This document shows, piece after piece, positions 54,052-64,000 of a DNA stretch of 64,000 nt. The translations under genes and the position numbers were made by a program. Within the stretch, counting starts at the first letter, position 1, and each line of letters begins with the position of its first letter. Location of the stretch: assembly GCF_964204645.1 (NCBI RefSeq), contig NC_134035.1, positions 2,480,001 through 2,544,000 on the forward strand, given 5' to 3'. The DNA is from Tubulanus polymorphus. Lineage: Eukaryota > Animalia > Nemertea. The notes below the pieces were generated by a model. It did not search any database. It was not told where the DNA came from and saw nothing but the letters and a program-made list of their open reading frames with translations.

Positions 54052-56129
54052 ATGCAAGGAAAACCGGTAAAGAAACGAAATCGTATTTTTTGATTTGACG
54101 GATTTCGCCATATTTTACGATAACGGAGTTTCGAAATAATTCCTGAGCTTCATTTTCAGAGATATTTCATACTTTTCGTATTTATCGCTGCCGTCTTCGT
54201 CGTAACTTTCTTCAACGATTCCTCGACCAGGATCGACGGCGTCGTGAAGACAGTCGCCCTTAAAATCCGCGGCGATCGGAAAGAAAAGTATTCGGCTAAA
54301 GACGCTGGAAATAGACAGACTCGAAACCGTTTTTCGTCGTGGTACCATTCCGTGCCGGTGCCGTCGACGACCAGCTCCCCGAGAATGACTGCTACGACTA
54401 TGCGGCCAATTCCTCGGAAAAAGAATTTCGAAGGCGTCGAATGGAAAGTATCCGCCGGCGGCCTTTTCCCTACGCTGCAGATCGGCGGTTGGCAAGTAGT
54501 CGACGGTCGAATCGACGTGCGCCTTCATACCGCTTTTCTAGACGATCGGCCCGAACTGGTCTCTGATCCGCTGATACGAATAACGAGCGTCGCCTCGATG
54601 AAAATCACCGAGCAGAAGATGTACTGCGTCTTGTGGTTCGACGGAGACTTCTTCGCCGAGAACGACACTGTATCGATGCAAGTGAATTACGTCGGGCCGT
54701 GGGGCGCTTTCAGTTACGGTATCAACTACGACCACTACGTGCTAGCCTGCCCGGTGACGAATTCATCGCGGATTCCCAGCCACGTGTCGATCATAACCAG
54801 AAAAGGCGAACAACCGACGACTTTACTGGCCGTCGAAAAGCCCGAGAAGCCCGGTAAGCGACAGGGCTTCGCGACTTGCGTGGCGACCAGATACGGTCAT
54901 TTGGACGCGTACAGACTGATCGAGTGGATGGAACTGCAATACATACTCGGTGTAAGACTGGTCGGTATATACGCTAATGGAGTGGATAGTTTATCCGACA
55001 AGGTTTTTAGATTCTACCAAAAATCGGGACTAGTCGACTACCGCACCATGGGTGAGTGTTACTATAGATTTACTACTACGCCAATGTTGGGATATAAAAG
55101 CTACAGGCCCGTTTTGACGGCGGACGGGAACGAAGACCCCATAATTCAGAAGAACTTCACGCCAAAAGTCTCTAAATCATCGGTCTTTTGAAAAAGAAGC
55201 GAGATGAGATTCTCAAATACGCCCCGCTTTGGCGACACGAGTATTACCGCTTTGCTTAATGTCATGCCAGCAATCAGAAACATTATTTTCAGGTGTGACT
55301 GCAGTACTGACTGATATTAATCTCAATATTCAGACTTAACAAGTTAAAACCCACAGTTGATGATTTAAAAATTTATTTTCTGACAATTTCGGAGTTTATG
55401 TTACTAACTCCATCATCAGAGAAACCAAAAAATTACCGAATTTAATTATCTTAATTTTTTCAACTGTAGGTTTTGACTATATTATTTTTGTGTCATTTTC
55501 AAGGAACCCCACTGGGCGACAACAAAACATCGTCAGTGCTACTCGGCGAAAAGACCAGCTTCAACAACTGTCTTTTGAGAAACATGTACTCATTCGACTA
55601 TATAACAGTAGTCGATACCGACGAAATCATAATTCCACAAAAACCTGAACATCGCACATACGAACAATTGATCGGATATCTAATAGCCAAACATCGTTCT
55701 CCGAATTCGCCGGCTCCGTCGTTCATGTTCAGAAACGCTTATTACTGGACCAACTTCTCGCCGGACGACGAACACCAGCCGAAACAACTGGCAACGTTAC
55801 GCGTACTGAACCGTCTTCCGCCGAGCCTGCCCGGCTACTCGGTCAAAAGTATCCTCGATCCACGGTCGTGCTTGTTAACGCACAGCCATTACTGTTTATT
55901 TTTCGCGGCGAAATTCGACGGTAAAAATAACGTCGTCTCGCCGGAAGCGGAACTCGGCTTGAACCACCATTACAAAGACTGTCATTTCGATTCGTACTAC
56001 AAGAAGAAGGGGTTGTGCGAAGAGGGCAGACGTTCGTTGCAGCGTTCGCCGGTTATGTTGAAATATAAGGACGCGCTAATCCCGAAAGTGAGTAGAGTCT
56101 TGAAATCAGTCGGTTTACCCGAAATATAG
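54052..56129 (+). CDS. Glycosyltransferase family 92 (DUF23; galt-1-like beta-1,4-galactosyltransferase), ~510 aa type II membrane protein
   Basis: Exons 54052-54066 (less certain), 54160-55051, 55504-56129. N-terminal anchor RYFILFVFIAAVFVVTFF; motifs FATCV...RLIEWMELQYILGV, FNNCLLRN, DxD motif VVDTDEIIIP, KSILDPR, NHHYK. Confidence 0.85.
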
Positions 56130-57595
56130 CCCGAAAATAAAACGAATATCTCTGCGACCTATTGAAACAGTCTTTATTGTCGAGATAATTTCCTTGGCGC
56201 ACATTACAATGTGCATGACAGTTATCTGATAATGTTATTCCCTATACTGTGCGTCTATTTTCTTTTTATCAAACACCGAATCAATATTGAACTGATCAGC
56301 ACTTGAACTGATTCAGGTTTTACATCGAAAAAAAAGGCCAAGTGTCGTACATATTATATAGCGTGCATGCCTTACACAAATCACATTTTCTATTCTATCC
56401 AAGTTTTAAGCAGGATTTTCTAATAACGGGGGGGAGGGGCGATTCTTTCCTTGCACTGGTGGATATAAGTCTGAGACCCAGTTCCACAGTTGTGAGTTAG
56501 AGTTAAAGTTAGTTCACTTTCAATGTTTTGAGTCAAATCTTAACTCAGAACTGTGGAACTGGACCCGAGGGTTTCGGTCCAAAATTTCCCACAGAATTTA
56601 GTGAAATGACTACGCTTTGGAGGCTATAGTCAACAAATGGAGAAAGTTCGCAATAAGACACAAGTTTTTTTTCGCATTTTTATAAGTCTAATTGGCGCAT
56701 CGGTTTTTTATTGGTAGACGAACACAAAAAGGAATATTTCAGAAAATCTTCGTGGGTATTCTCCTTCAAACGACTCTCAATACCAAGATCTATTCTCTCA
56801 ATACCAAAGACACCTCTGCAATGCTCGACGAACGAAGGGTTCGCTAATTATTGACAGGAATATGTATGAATAGGTTTTATAGAATATGTCTATTGTACAA
56901 TACTTTGCATGGGTCTCATATCGGTGCATATTCACTAATTGTATTATATTCAACGCGTCCGAGGGGCTCAAAAACGATTCAAGTTATAAATCAGTCCCCG
57001 CTCGAATCAGCACAGTGAGGTAAGATCATGAATTTTGAGGCGATTTATTTATCGATGGATACAGTTCGTCCATTTCACGTCAATCAGCAGCGCGATAACA
57101 TCGTACCTTGTAACGCTTTGAGTAATCTAATCATGGGTAACATTAAATATACCTGAGCTTTACAGGTCGCGAGAACAGAAATATCCATAATCGTCTCGCA
57201 GGCACGTTCGAAGAAATTTTTGATTGCCGCGGCTAATTGCCGTTTTTTTACAAGTTCCAACATTACCGCGGCGAATTCACTTCAATTTCGTAAAAAACAT
57301 AGTATAGAAAGAAAAAAAATCATTCAGTCGATTACTGGCTCGACTGTTAAATCGTTGGTTGTATACAAATATTCTTCATATTTCCATTGCCTTGGTCAGC
57401 CGAAGGAGTAAATGCAACAAACAAAATTTAGAAAATTCGCCCAAAGTTTTTGATAGGCCTACATGCAAATCGTGAATGTCAAATCTTAAATTTCACTCAC
57501 TGGTGTAGAAAGCTGCGCTGAAAGTGAGAGTTAAAGGGGCGCTTAAAAATGACGTGAAAAAATGTCAGAAAGTTCCTCGTCGCAAATTTCAGATA

Positions 57596-59149
57596 ATGAA
57601 GACAGCGCACGTTATCATGTTCGGCCTGCTCGTCGTCGCCGCGACGGTTGTGGAAATCACCGCCGGCGCTAAAGTGTTGATGATCTCACCGCCAGAAAAC
57701 AGTCACATGCAGCAACTGATCGTCATCGGCGACGCGCTCGTCCGACAACACGGACACGAGGTGTCGTTCATCGCGCCGACCACCGTCCGTAATTCGCCGA
57801 TCCTCGCTGAAACCAGCGTCGATCTGATTTGGTACGAGGGCCCCGTCAGTTTCGGCGACAATAAAACGGCGCAACAATATTTCCTAACGCTTTCGTTGGA
57901 GACGTCGAATCCGGTGGCAGTGTTCAGATTTGCTTTCGAATTTATGCGGAATGTCTGCGAAACGGTTCTCAGCGATCGCGTTCTGTTCGAGAAATTACGC
58001 GATCGCCAGTTCGACTTCGGTTTGATCGACGGTATATTCTTCACGCAATGTTTCTATATATTGTTCGACAATTTGGAAATACCGTACGCGACGGTGGTGA
58101 CCTTGACGGCGCCGGATCAAATCATCTCCTCTCTCAGCATTCCCTCACTCAAAATCATGGACGATGTTGTCGAAAAGTTAGATTTCAAAGGTCGCGTCGT
58201 GAATACGTTAGTATCTATGATAGGGTACGGGTTGTTTTGGTGGGTCAGCGACCCGAGCTCGTTTTACGAACGGCACTGCCGGACGAAACCGTGTCCGAGC
58301 TTTCAACGTTTGCAGGCCGATTCGAAAATATGGCTGATCGACGACGACGAACTGTTCCACGTGCCCGCGCCTTCGATGCCGCATGTTTTCAACGTCGGCG
58401 GACTGTCGGTGCGTCCAACTAAATCGTTGACCGGTGATATAAAAACGATCGCCGACAACGCCGTAGATTCGCTGGTTTTGGTGTCTTTCGGCGGCACCGT
58501 TTCGTACTTGGCCGACGTTTACCTGAACAAGATAATCGAAGCCATGCGAGCTCTACCGCGATACACGTTCATTTTCAAATTCAAACAGAAAATCGACAAC
58601 GCGCCGAAGAACGTGAAGATAGTCGATTGGTTACCGCAAAGAGATATTCTAGCGCATAAAAATACGCGGTTGTTCGTTACGCATTGCGGTAACGCGGCCA
58701 TACACGAAACCCTGTACGCCGGTGTGCCCGTAGTCGCGATCCCGTTCTACGGCGACCAGCCGACCAACGCCCAGAAAATGAAACACCGCGGTTACGGCGT
58801 GGATATACGGCTCGTCAGCGCTACCGATCGGGATTTGATCGCGGCGATCGAAGAGGTGATCAACAACCCGGTATACCGTCGCAATATGCAGAAGTCGTCT
58901 GCGATCTATCGCGATAAGAAGTTCGCGTCGGAACGCGCCGGTAAAATCGTCGACAATATTCTGAAACACGGTTCCGAACATATTCAACCGCCGGCGAAAG
59001 ATTTATACCTCTTTCAATTGCTGCTTCTCGATGTTATCGCGTTCTTTGTTTTGATCGCTGCAGTTTTTGTCATCGTTACATGCGTCTGTTTAAGAATTTG
59101 CTACCGAAAGTGTTATGGTATAAGACAACCCAAAACTAAAGCCGCTTAA
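57596..59149 (+). CDS. UDP-glucuronosyl/glycosyltransferase (GT1), 517 aa, single coding exon
   Basis: Signal peptide, catalytic SH motif (ENSHM), UGT signature WLPQRDILAHKNTRLFVTHCGNAAIHETLYAGVPVVAIPFYGDQ, C-terminal TM helix and KxKxx ER-retrieval end (KTKAA). ATG at 57596 follows a TTTCAG acceptor. Confidence 0.95.
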   Translation: MKTAHVIMFGLLVVAATVVEITAGAKVLMISPPENSHMQQLIVIGDALVRQHGHEVSFIAPTTVRNSPILAETSVDLIWYEGPVSFGDNKTAQQYFLTLSLETSNPVAVFRFAFEFMRNVCETVLSDRVLFEKLRDRQFDFGLIDGIFFTQCFYILFDNLEIPYATVVTLTAPDQIISSLSIPSLKIMDDVVEKLDFKGRVVNTLVSMIGYGLFWWVSDPSSFYERHCRTKPCPSFQRLQADSKIWLIDDDELFHVPAPSMPHVFNVGGLSVRPTKSLTGDIKTIADNAVDSLVLVSFGGTVSYLADVYLNKIIEAMRALPRYTFIFKFKQKIDNAPKNVKIVDWLPQRDILAHKNTRLFVTHCGNAAIHETLYAGVPVVAIPFYGDQPTNAQKMKHRGYGVDIRLVSATDRDLIAAIEEVINNPVYRRNMQKSSAIYRDKKFASERAGKIVDNILKHGSEHIQPPAKDLYLFQLLLLDVIAFFVLIAAVFVIVTCVCLRICYRKCYGIRQPKTKAA

Positions 59150-59657
59150 TTAATATAATTACTCAAGTTTGCATTAGACAAACGAGAGCGGAATTTAACC
59201 TCTAAACTGAGGTCCTTGAATGTACATTAATCTAAGCAAAAACCATATTTTAGACCCTATGTTTTCTCTCTGACTCATTCTGTGGGCCTGACCTAACAAG
59301 GTTCTCGCTGGGATAAAGTTTTCTACGATACAAGTCATTACTCTAATTTCCCAAGTTTACAGTAGACAAAAAAAACGAAATTAACCTAATATCTCAAATT
59401 TCCCATCTAGATTTTTCATCAAACCATCCAATATATTGCGAGCCTCACCAGGTTTTGGTTGGGATAAAGGTTCCCGCGAGAAGATCCCGTTAGTTTGGTA
59501 CAAATTAATTTTTTCTAATCATTATTATTATCATTATTATTTGTGTCACCTCCATTAGACTTATAGCTAGCTTTTTATCACAGAGAATTTCAATTCCATA
59601 TTTTGTTCCCCGAAATCCTTCTCTAAAATAAACTTATAGTATTTCTTATATTTGTTC

Positions 59658-59709
59658 ATGCCACAACGTTTCGACTGGTCAAAACTAACGACCGTCATCA
59701 GTAGAGATG
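59658..59709 (-). other. Degenerate minimal hammerhead-ribozyme-like motif (Penelope-type remnant)
   Basis: Minus strand reads CTGATGA-CGGTC-GTTAGTTTT-GACC-AGTC-GAAACGTTG: both core boxes, a stem II and a palindromic AACGTT in place of stem III. Confidence 0.4.
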
Positions 59710-60306
59710 AAATATTTTATCAACACTAATTCTATATTCATTTCGCACCTCACGATTGCGGCTAACTATATTTCACGTAAGTTGGAATAGTCGACTTCCT
59801 TACTTAAAAAAACGTAAATAGACAAAAATTCGACTTCTAAAACGTCGACTGACAGACTGCAAATAAAGATGTTACAGACTCCAAGTTGTTGGTCGCATTC
59901 GCTCCAATATTATATATAAGATTAGTGAAAATAAATCTATCTGATCGTCTAGCCGAATTATTATCACCCAGCTGTCGCGTACAAATGAATTAGGTTTGTA
60001 TCATATTTAGTGGGAATAAAAATCATCCAAAAATGTCATATCCAACATGATATATGCGTTAGTTTTAGTTTAGAACATTGATTTCATTTTTATTCTAGAT
60101 CTATTTCTTTTAACCTGATTTTGATTTTGCCATCTGTGACGCACTTGTGTCGAGAATTATCGAACTAAAAGCCGGTGTCAAATGCAATATATAGGAATCG
60201 GGGGAACTCAGTCGTCCATTCCAGTATCGAACTCTATTTCGAAGTTTTTGTTGGCTTAAATGAAAGCGAGGAAAGTCCTTATGAATTTTTGAAAGGGGAA
60301 CTATCT

Positions 60307-60945
60307 GTTAGGGGATGTTATGCTGTTTCGGCAGCACAGCACCCCTTGGCAACGTGTTCGAACTTTGGCGTTTTTGTATCGAGATTATGGGATGACCACT
60401 GGATAGAGCAACGCAAACAAGATTTGTGCAACAACACTAACACACTAACGACATAATAACAATTGACTTACCTTGAGTTTCGCGATGTCGTCGAGATTCC
60501 TGCGATATAATGATAATAGTTCGTCTTTCGAAATCGAAGATGACCATAGAGTTTCATCTCTGCTGAATGATATGTTTTCGAAGATGGCTAACAAGTCCAA
60601 TCCTCGCATGGGACGTCCGGGTGGAGATGCTGCCAATGCAATGAGATTCCTATAGTCACCGTAAGTCAAATAGGTCCTGCATTTTTGCCAAGTATGACGC
60701 CAGATATACACCTTGTGAGTAGGGACGCTGGTGGTCGAAGAGAGCTGAAGTTTTGAGTTTTTAACGGATAATGCGGTAACTCTTGAACGAACTGAATAGT
60801 TGCGGACACATTCAAAGAGTCCGGTGCGGTGATCAGATACTGTCTAATGGTATAAACCTCCGGTGTCGTGGACGTATTGCGATATTCGCTTCGTGCGTCT
60901 TCGGTAAACTTATGAAGACGTGGCGCGGGAGTGGTATAGCTCCTT
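60307..60945 (-). pseudogene. Unassigned spliced coding-like segment, possibly frameshifted
   Basis: Acceptor TGCTCTGCAG (~60946), overlapping ORFs 60666-60971 and 60445-60711 in different frames, donor AAG|GTAAGT (~60471), acceptor CTATCCAG (~60399). No recognisable domain. Confidence 0.3.
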
Positions 60946-63900
60946 CTGCAGAGCAAAACCAATGACCTCATTTCCTTTCAAAATGTCCACAAGCTTTCCT
61001 TATCATATATAGAAGTAGGACTGGGGCGGATCTAGGATCTTATTCAGGGACAGCTGCACCACCCAAAATTAGGGCATATCATATAAATTAAATAGGGCAC
61101 CCGAAAAACAATTCATTTTTGCAAATAAAGGAGAAAATCATAGTATATGAAATACAAGCTTTTGCCGCGATTTTTCCGTGTGATTACGTACACAAAATCA
61201 CCCCGAGTGAATCAAGAGAAATTTCGAGGTTTAAAATGCTCAAATTCATTCATTTTTCTACGAATCACGTACCGATAAAGAAACACGTGGTCAATAAAAT
61301 AACGTGGCGAGCTTCCCAGAATTGTTCTAGATTTTTCCCGATTCCGTCCACCAGATTTTTACCAGGTCAGTGGTCATCCTCCGCAGTTCCTTAGGAAATA
61401 GCTAAAACCGCTGTGATTTGGGCTGCAAGGAGGGGTAGATCGACGCGACTCAAGCGATATACTCGAACAGGATTCATGGTACGAATACCGTTACTTTCAG
61501 ACAACGAGCAAAAACAAGCGCAGCAACCAACGAAGAAACGACACTTAGATTCTTTTTTTTTAATAGTAAACCGAACTAGAACGGCAGCGACAGCGGCGAC
61601 GTCCTAGCCGGCCTTATTCGTTTTTATTTGGTTGGCAAAAGTGAGAGACTATTTATAAATAAAAAGAAAATCCGTCATATTTTCATCATCATTAATATCA
61701 TTAATACATATATATATATTTATCGTTTGTAGTAAAGTGTTGTATTTTTTTCCATAAGTTAAATCTACTGCAGACACATCACCCAGCATTTAAAACCCAC
61801 CGACAAGAATCATATCATATCATATCATATATATATATAATATAATATATATATTACAAAAATGTACAACTTAAAAAAAGAAGGAATACTTTATACTACT
61901 TAATATCGATATTTATAAAAACGAAATCAATCATTTTCCCACATAATACAACTTATAATTACTACAGCATTTCACATTCGCGCGCCGGTTTCCTTCGTAA
62001 AACAATATCCTTCCCCGATTCCCAGATTAAAACACGTGACATTCACTTCAACTACACGTCTGACTAATTTTAACTAAAGCCTGAGGTTTGACCCCGATCC
62101 TAGAAGGCTAGTAAACGGGCACTACCGTGTATTGGCAAGAGAAGCACTGATTACAATGTATCTTCGATTGAGATTATGCAGTTATCAATCGGCAGCCTGG
62201 GGAACTACCCTTAAGCCCAAAGCGCAAGACGCAGGGAAACATGGAAACAGGTAGGGAAACATGTTTCCGAGCGTTTTTCTGTGTCGTATTCATTTCCCAG
62301 AAATGAGAAACATGGTTCCAGGAAACGATGTTTCCGACATCGAACATCGTGTACGTCCACAAGAAACATGCTTTCGGGAAACAATGTACCCCCGAGATTG
62401 AACACGTTTGATTCAATATTTCCATGTTTCCCTGTGTTGTGTGCGTTGGGCTGCAGACATTCACCTCTGGAGGGATCACTAAGGCGGCGATAATAAATAG
62501 TCTAATGTCTGGCGTCCATATGATAATTCATTCGTTAAAACTTAATTCAATTTTAATTAAAAATCTACGACGCACATGAAGCAAATGGAAGAATGGCGAT
62601 TAAGCGTCTGAAGGGCGTGGGTACAGGCTGCGTCGATTTCAATTGTTCAAATAGCAAAAAGAAAGTTTTCATCATCAGCAAAACGTAGGATAAGTTTGTC
62701 TCGTTAAAAAACCTCTTCTTGCGGAAACAATGTTTCGTACAAATAGAGAAGTTAAATCGTCATCCACCCGATTATTCATGATATCTATTGAAAATTGTCT
62801 TTAAAATTACAAAATACTCAGACCACAATGTCAGCAATAACGCGACCGACGATTCGACTTTTCCACTATTTCAACAACAACTTTTTGGTAAAATAAACAT
62901 TTCACACATCGCTTTAAACTTCACATTTACAAACAATTTCATTTAGCACATGTCATCGAATTTGAAGATCATATAGATATGGATATAGAGAGAGAGAGAG
63001 AGCAAATGCGGAAAACTCAGCGCGCATGATGTCATCTCGAGGCAAGCCAGTCTACTGTATATAGTATACACATATACATGTATATAGTAGTACATAGTTT
63101 CATCGAATGTACAACAAGACGAATAGAAATGGATTTGATCCATCAAAAATCGTATTCGATTATCTCAACTTTCATTTTCAACGCTGTCACGCTGTTTTAA
63201 GTCGTGAAAAATGGATTAAAAATCTGATTTCAGGTCGGTAAAAATTCCGACCGTCCGCGTATGTTTCTAGTACTTAGACAATAATGGAGTAACTTGATTT
63301 TTGTACGTCTCAAGCCCTCGCACCTGCACGTTTTATGCACAACGCGTATATAAGAAAGTAGAGTCAACTGTACGCAACTTGCACGTGGCAAGAAAAGACC
63401 AGTCTCATAACTAAAGACTACTTTTGGACTCAAGTCACGACTGGACGCCGGTTCGACGAGTCCCACGCGTGTAGACCGACCGAGTCCGATACGCTCCCCG
63501 AAAATTTGCCGACTCGCGCGACGCGACTAACGTGCGTCGCGCGAGACACGATGAAAACACGACTCGAAATGAAGGAAGACAGAAAAAAAATCTATCGCGC
63601 ACAAATTCACGATTTTACATCGAACGCGACGATCGAAGGTTGTAGGGGAACGCGCGCGGGCGGTACTCATAAATTATCAAAGATCGAAAAATTCCACGCA
63701 CAAGAAAATTACCGACAAAATTATGTTCCCGACTTTGAATTGCATTTGAATATCAACAAGTCATGTAATTATACGCGTCTGGTTTTACACAGTAATAGAT
63801 CAGAGGCTGCAGTCGCTGAAAAGTTGTTTAGAGTTAACCAGTGGATAGTTAACATAGTAACATTTAAAAGTTCATCGATACTATGGTATTTATCCGCCGG

Positions 63901-64000
63901 TTATCTTTAACTAAGTTTTCAGCAACTTCAGCCCCTGTTTTTTTGTTTGTAAAACAACTTCTAAGAACTATTTTCAGCAAATTACTTACATATATACCCA

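Noticed and set aside
57524-57595. N-terminal extension of the UGT from the GTG start
   Set aside because: A TTTCAG acceptor sits just before the ATG at 57596, which begins a normal signal peptide.
57686-58987. Overlapping alternative-frame and antisense ORFs inside the UGT (likewise inside GT92 and PLK1)
   Set aside because: Expected by-products of GC/CpG-rich codon usage in real exons.
61650-64000. Coding genes in the right-hand end (e.g. ORF 63506-63910)
   Set aside because: AT-rich sequence with microsatellites and MITEs, resembling the 3'UTR or intron of an off-window minus-strand gene. The ORF runs into a MITE and has no domain.

Overview
Intron-rich, AT-rich eukaryotic genomic DNA from an invertebrate animal (spliceosomal GT-AG genes, many MITEs); most ORFs in the supplied track are spurious or are exon fragments. 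I assembled the genes by hand and checked exon phases. 3.4-15.5 kb (minus strand): a tandem array of cornifelin/PLAC8-family genes, with three intact 4-exon copies and one internally deleted remnant. 17.8-25.0 kb: a tandem duplication of a repeat-rich unit (two copies plus a ~140-150 bp terminal repeat); copy 1 carries a long-TIR insertion that copy 2 lacks. 25.2-28.9 kb: two diverged ~1.1-1.2 kb inverted arms enclosing a homogeneous 69/99-bp higher-order tandem array whose core motif matches transposon TIR ends elsewhere in the window. 32-51 kb: a compact block GTF2H1(-), POLR2L(-), PINX1(-), PLK1(+). The PINX1/PLK1 divergent spacer contains a ~420-nt GC-rich, hairpin-dense segment (candidate unannotated structured RNA), a CTCF-like site and a CCAAT-CCAAT-CHR cell-cycle promoter. 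54-59 kb: a GT92 (galt-1-like) glycosyltransferase and a UDP-glycosyltransferase with an intronless CDS. The right end has an orphan or decayed spliced ORF and probable 3'UTR-like sequence. The best candidates for something undescribed are the inverted-arm/array element and the structured RNA; neither can be confirmed without searches and expression data.
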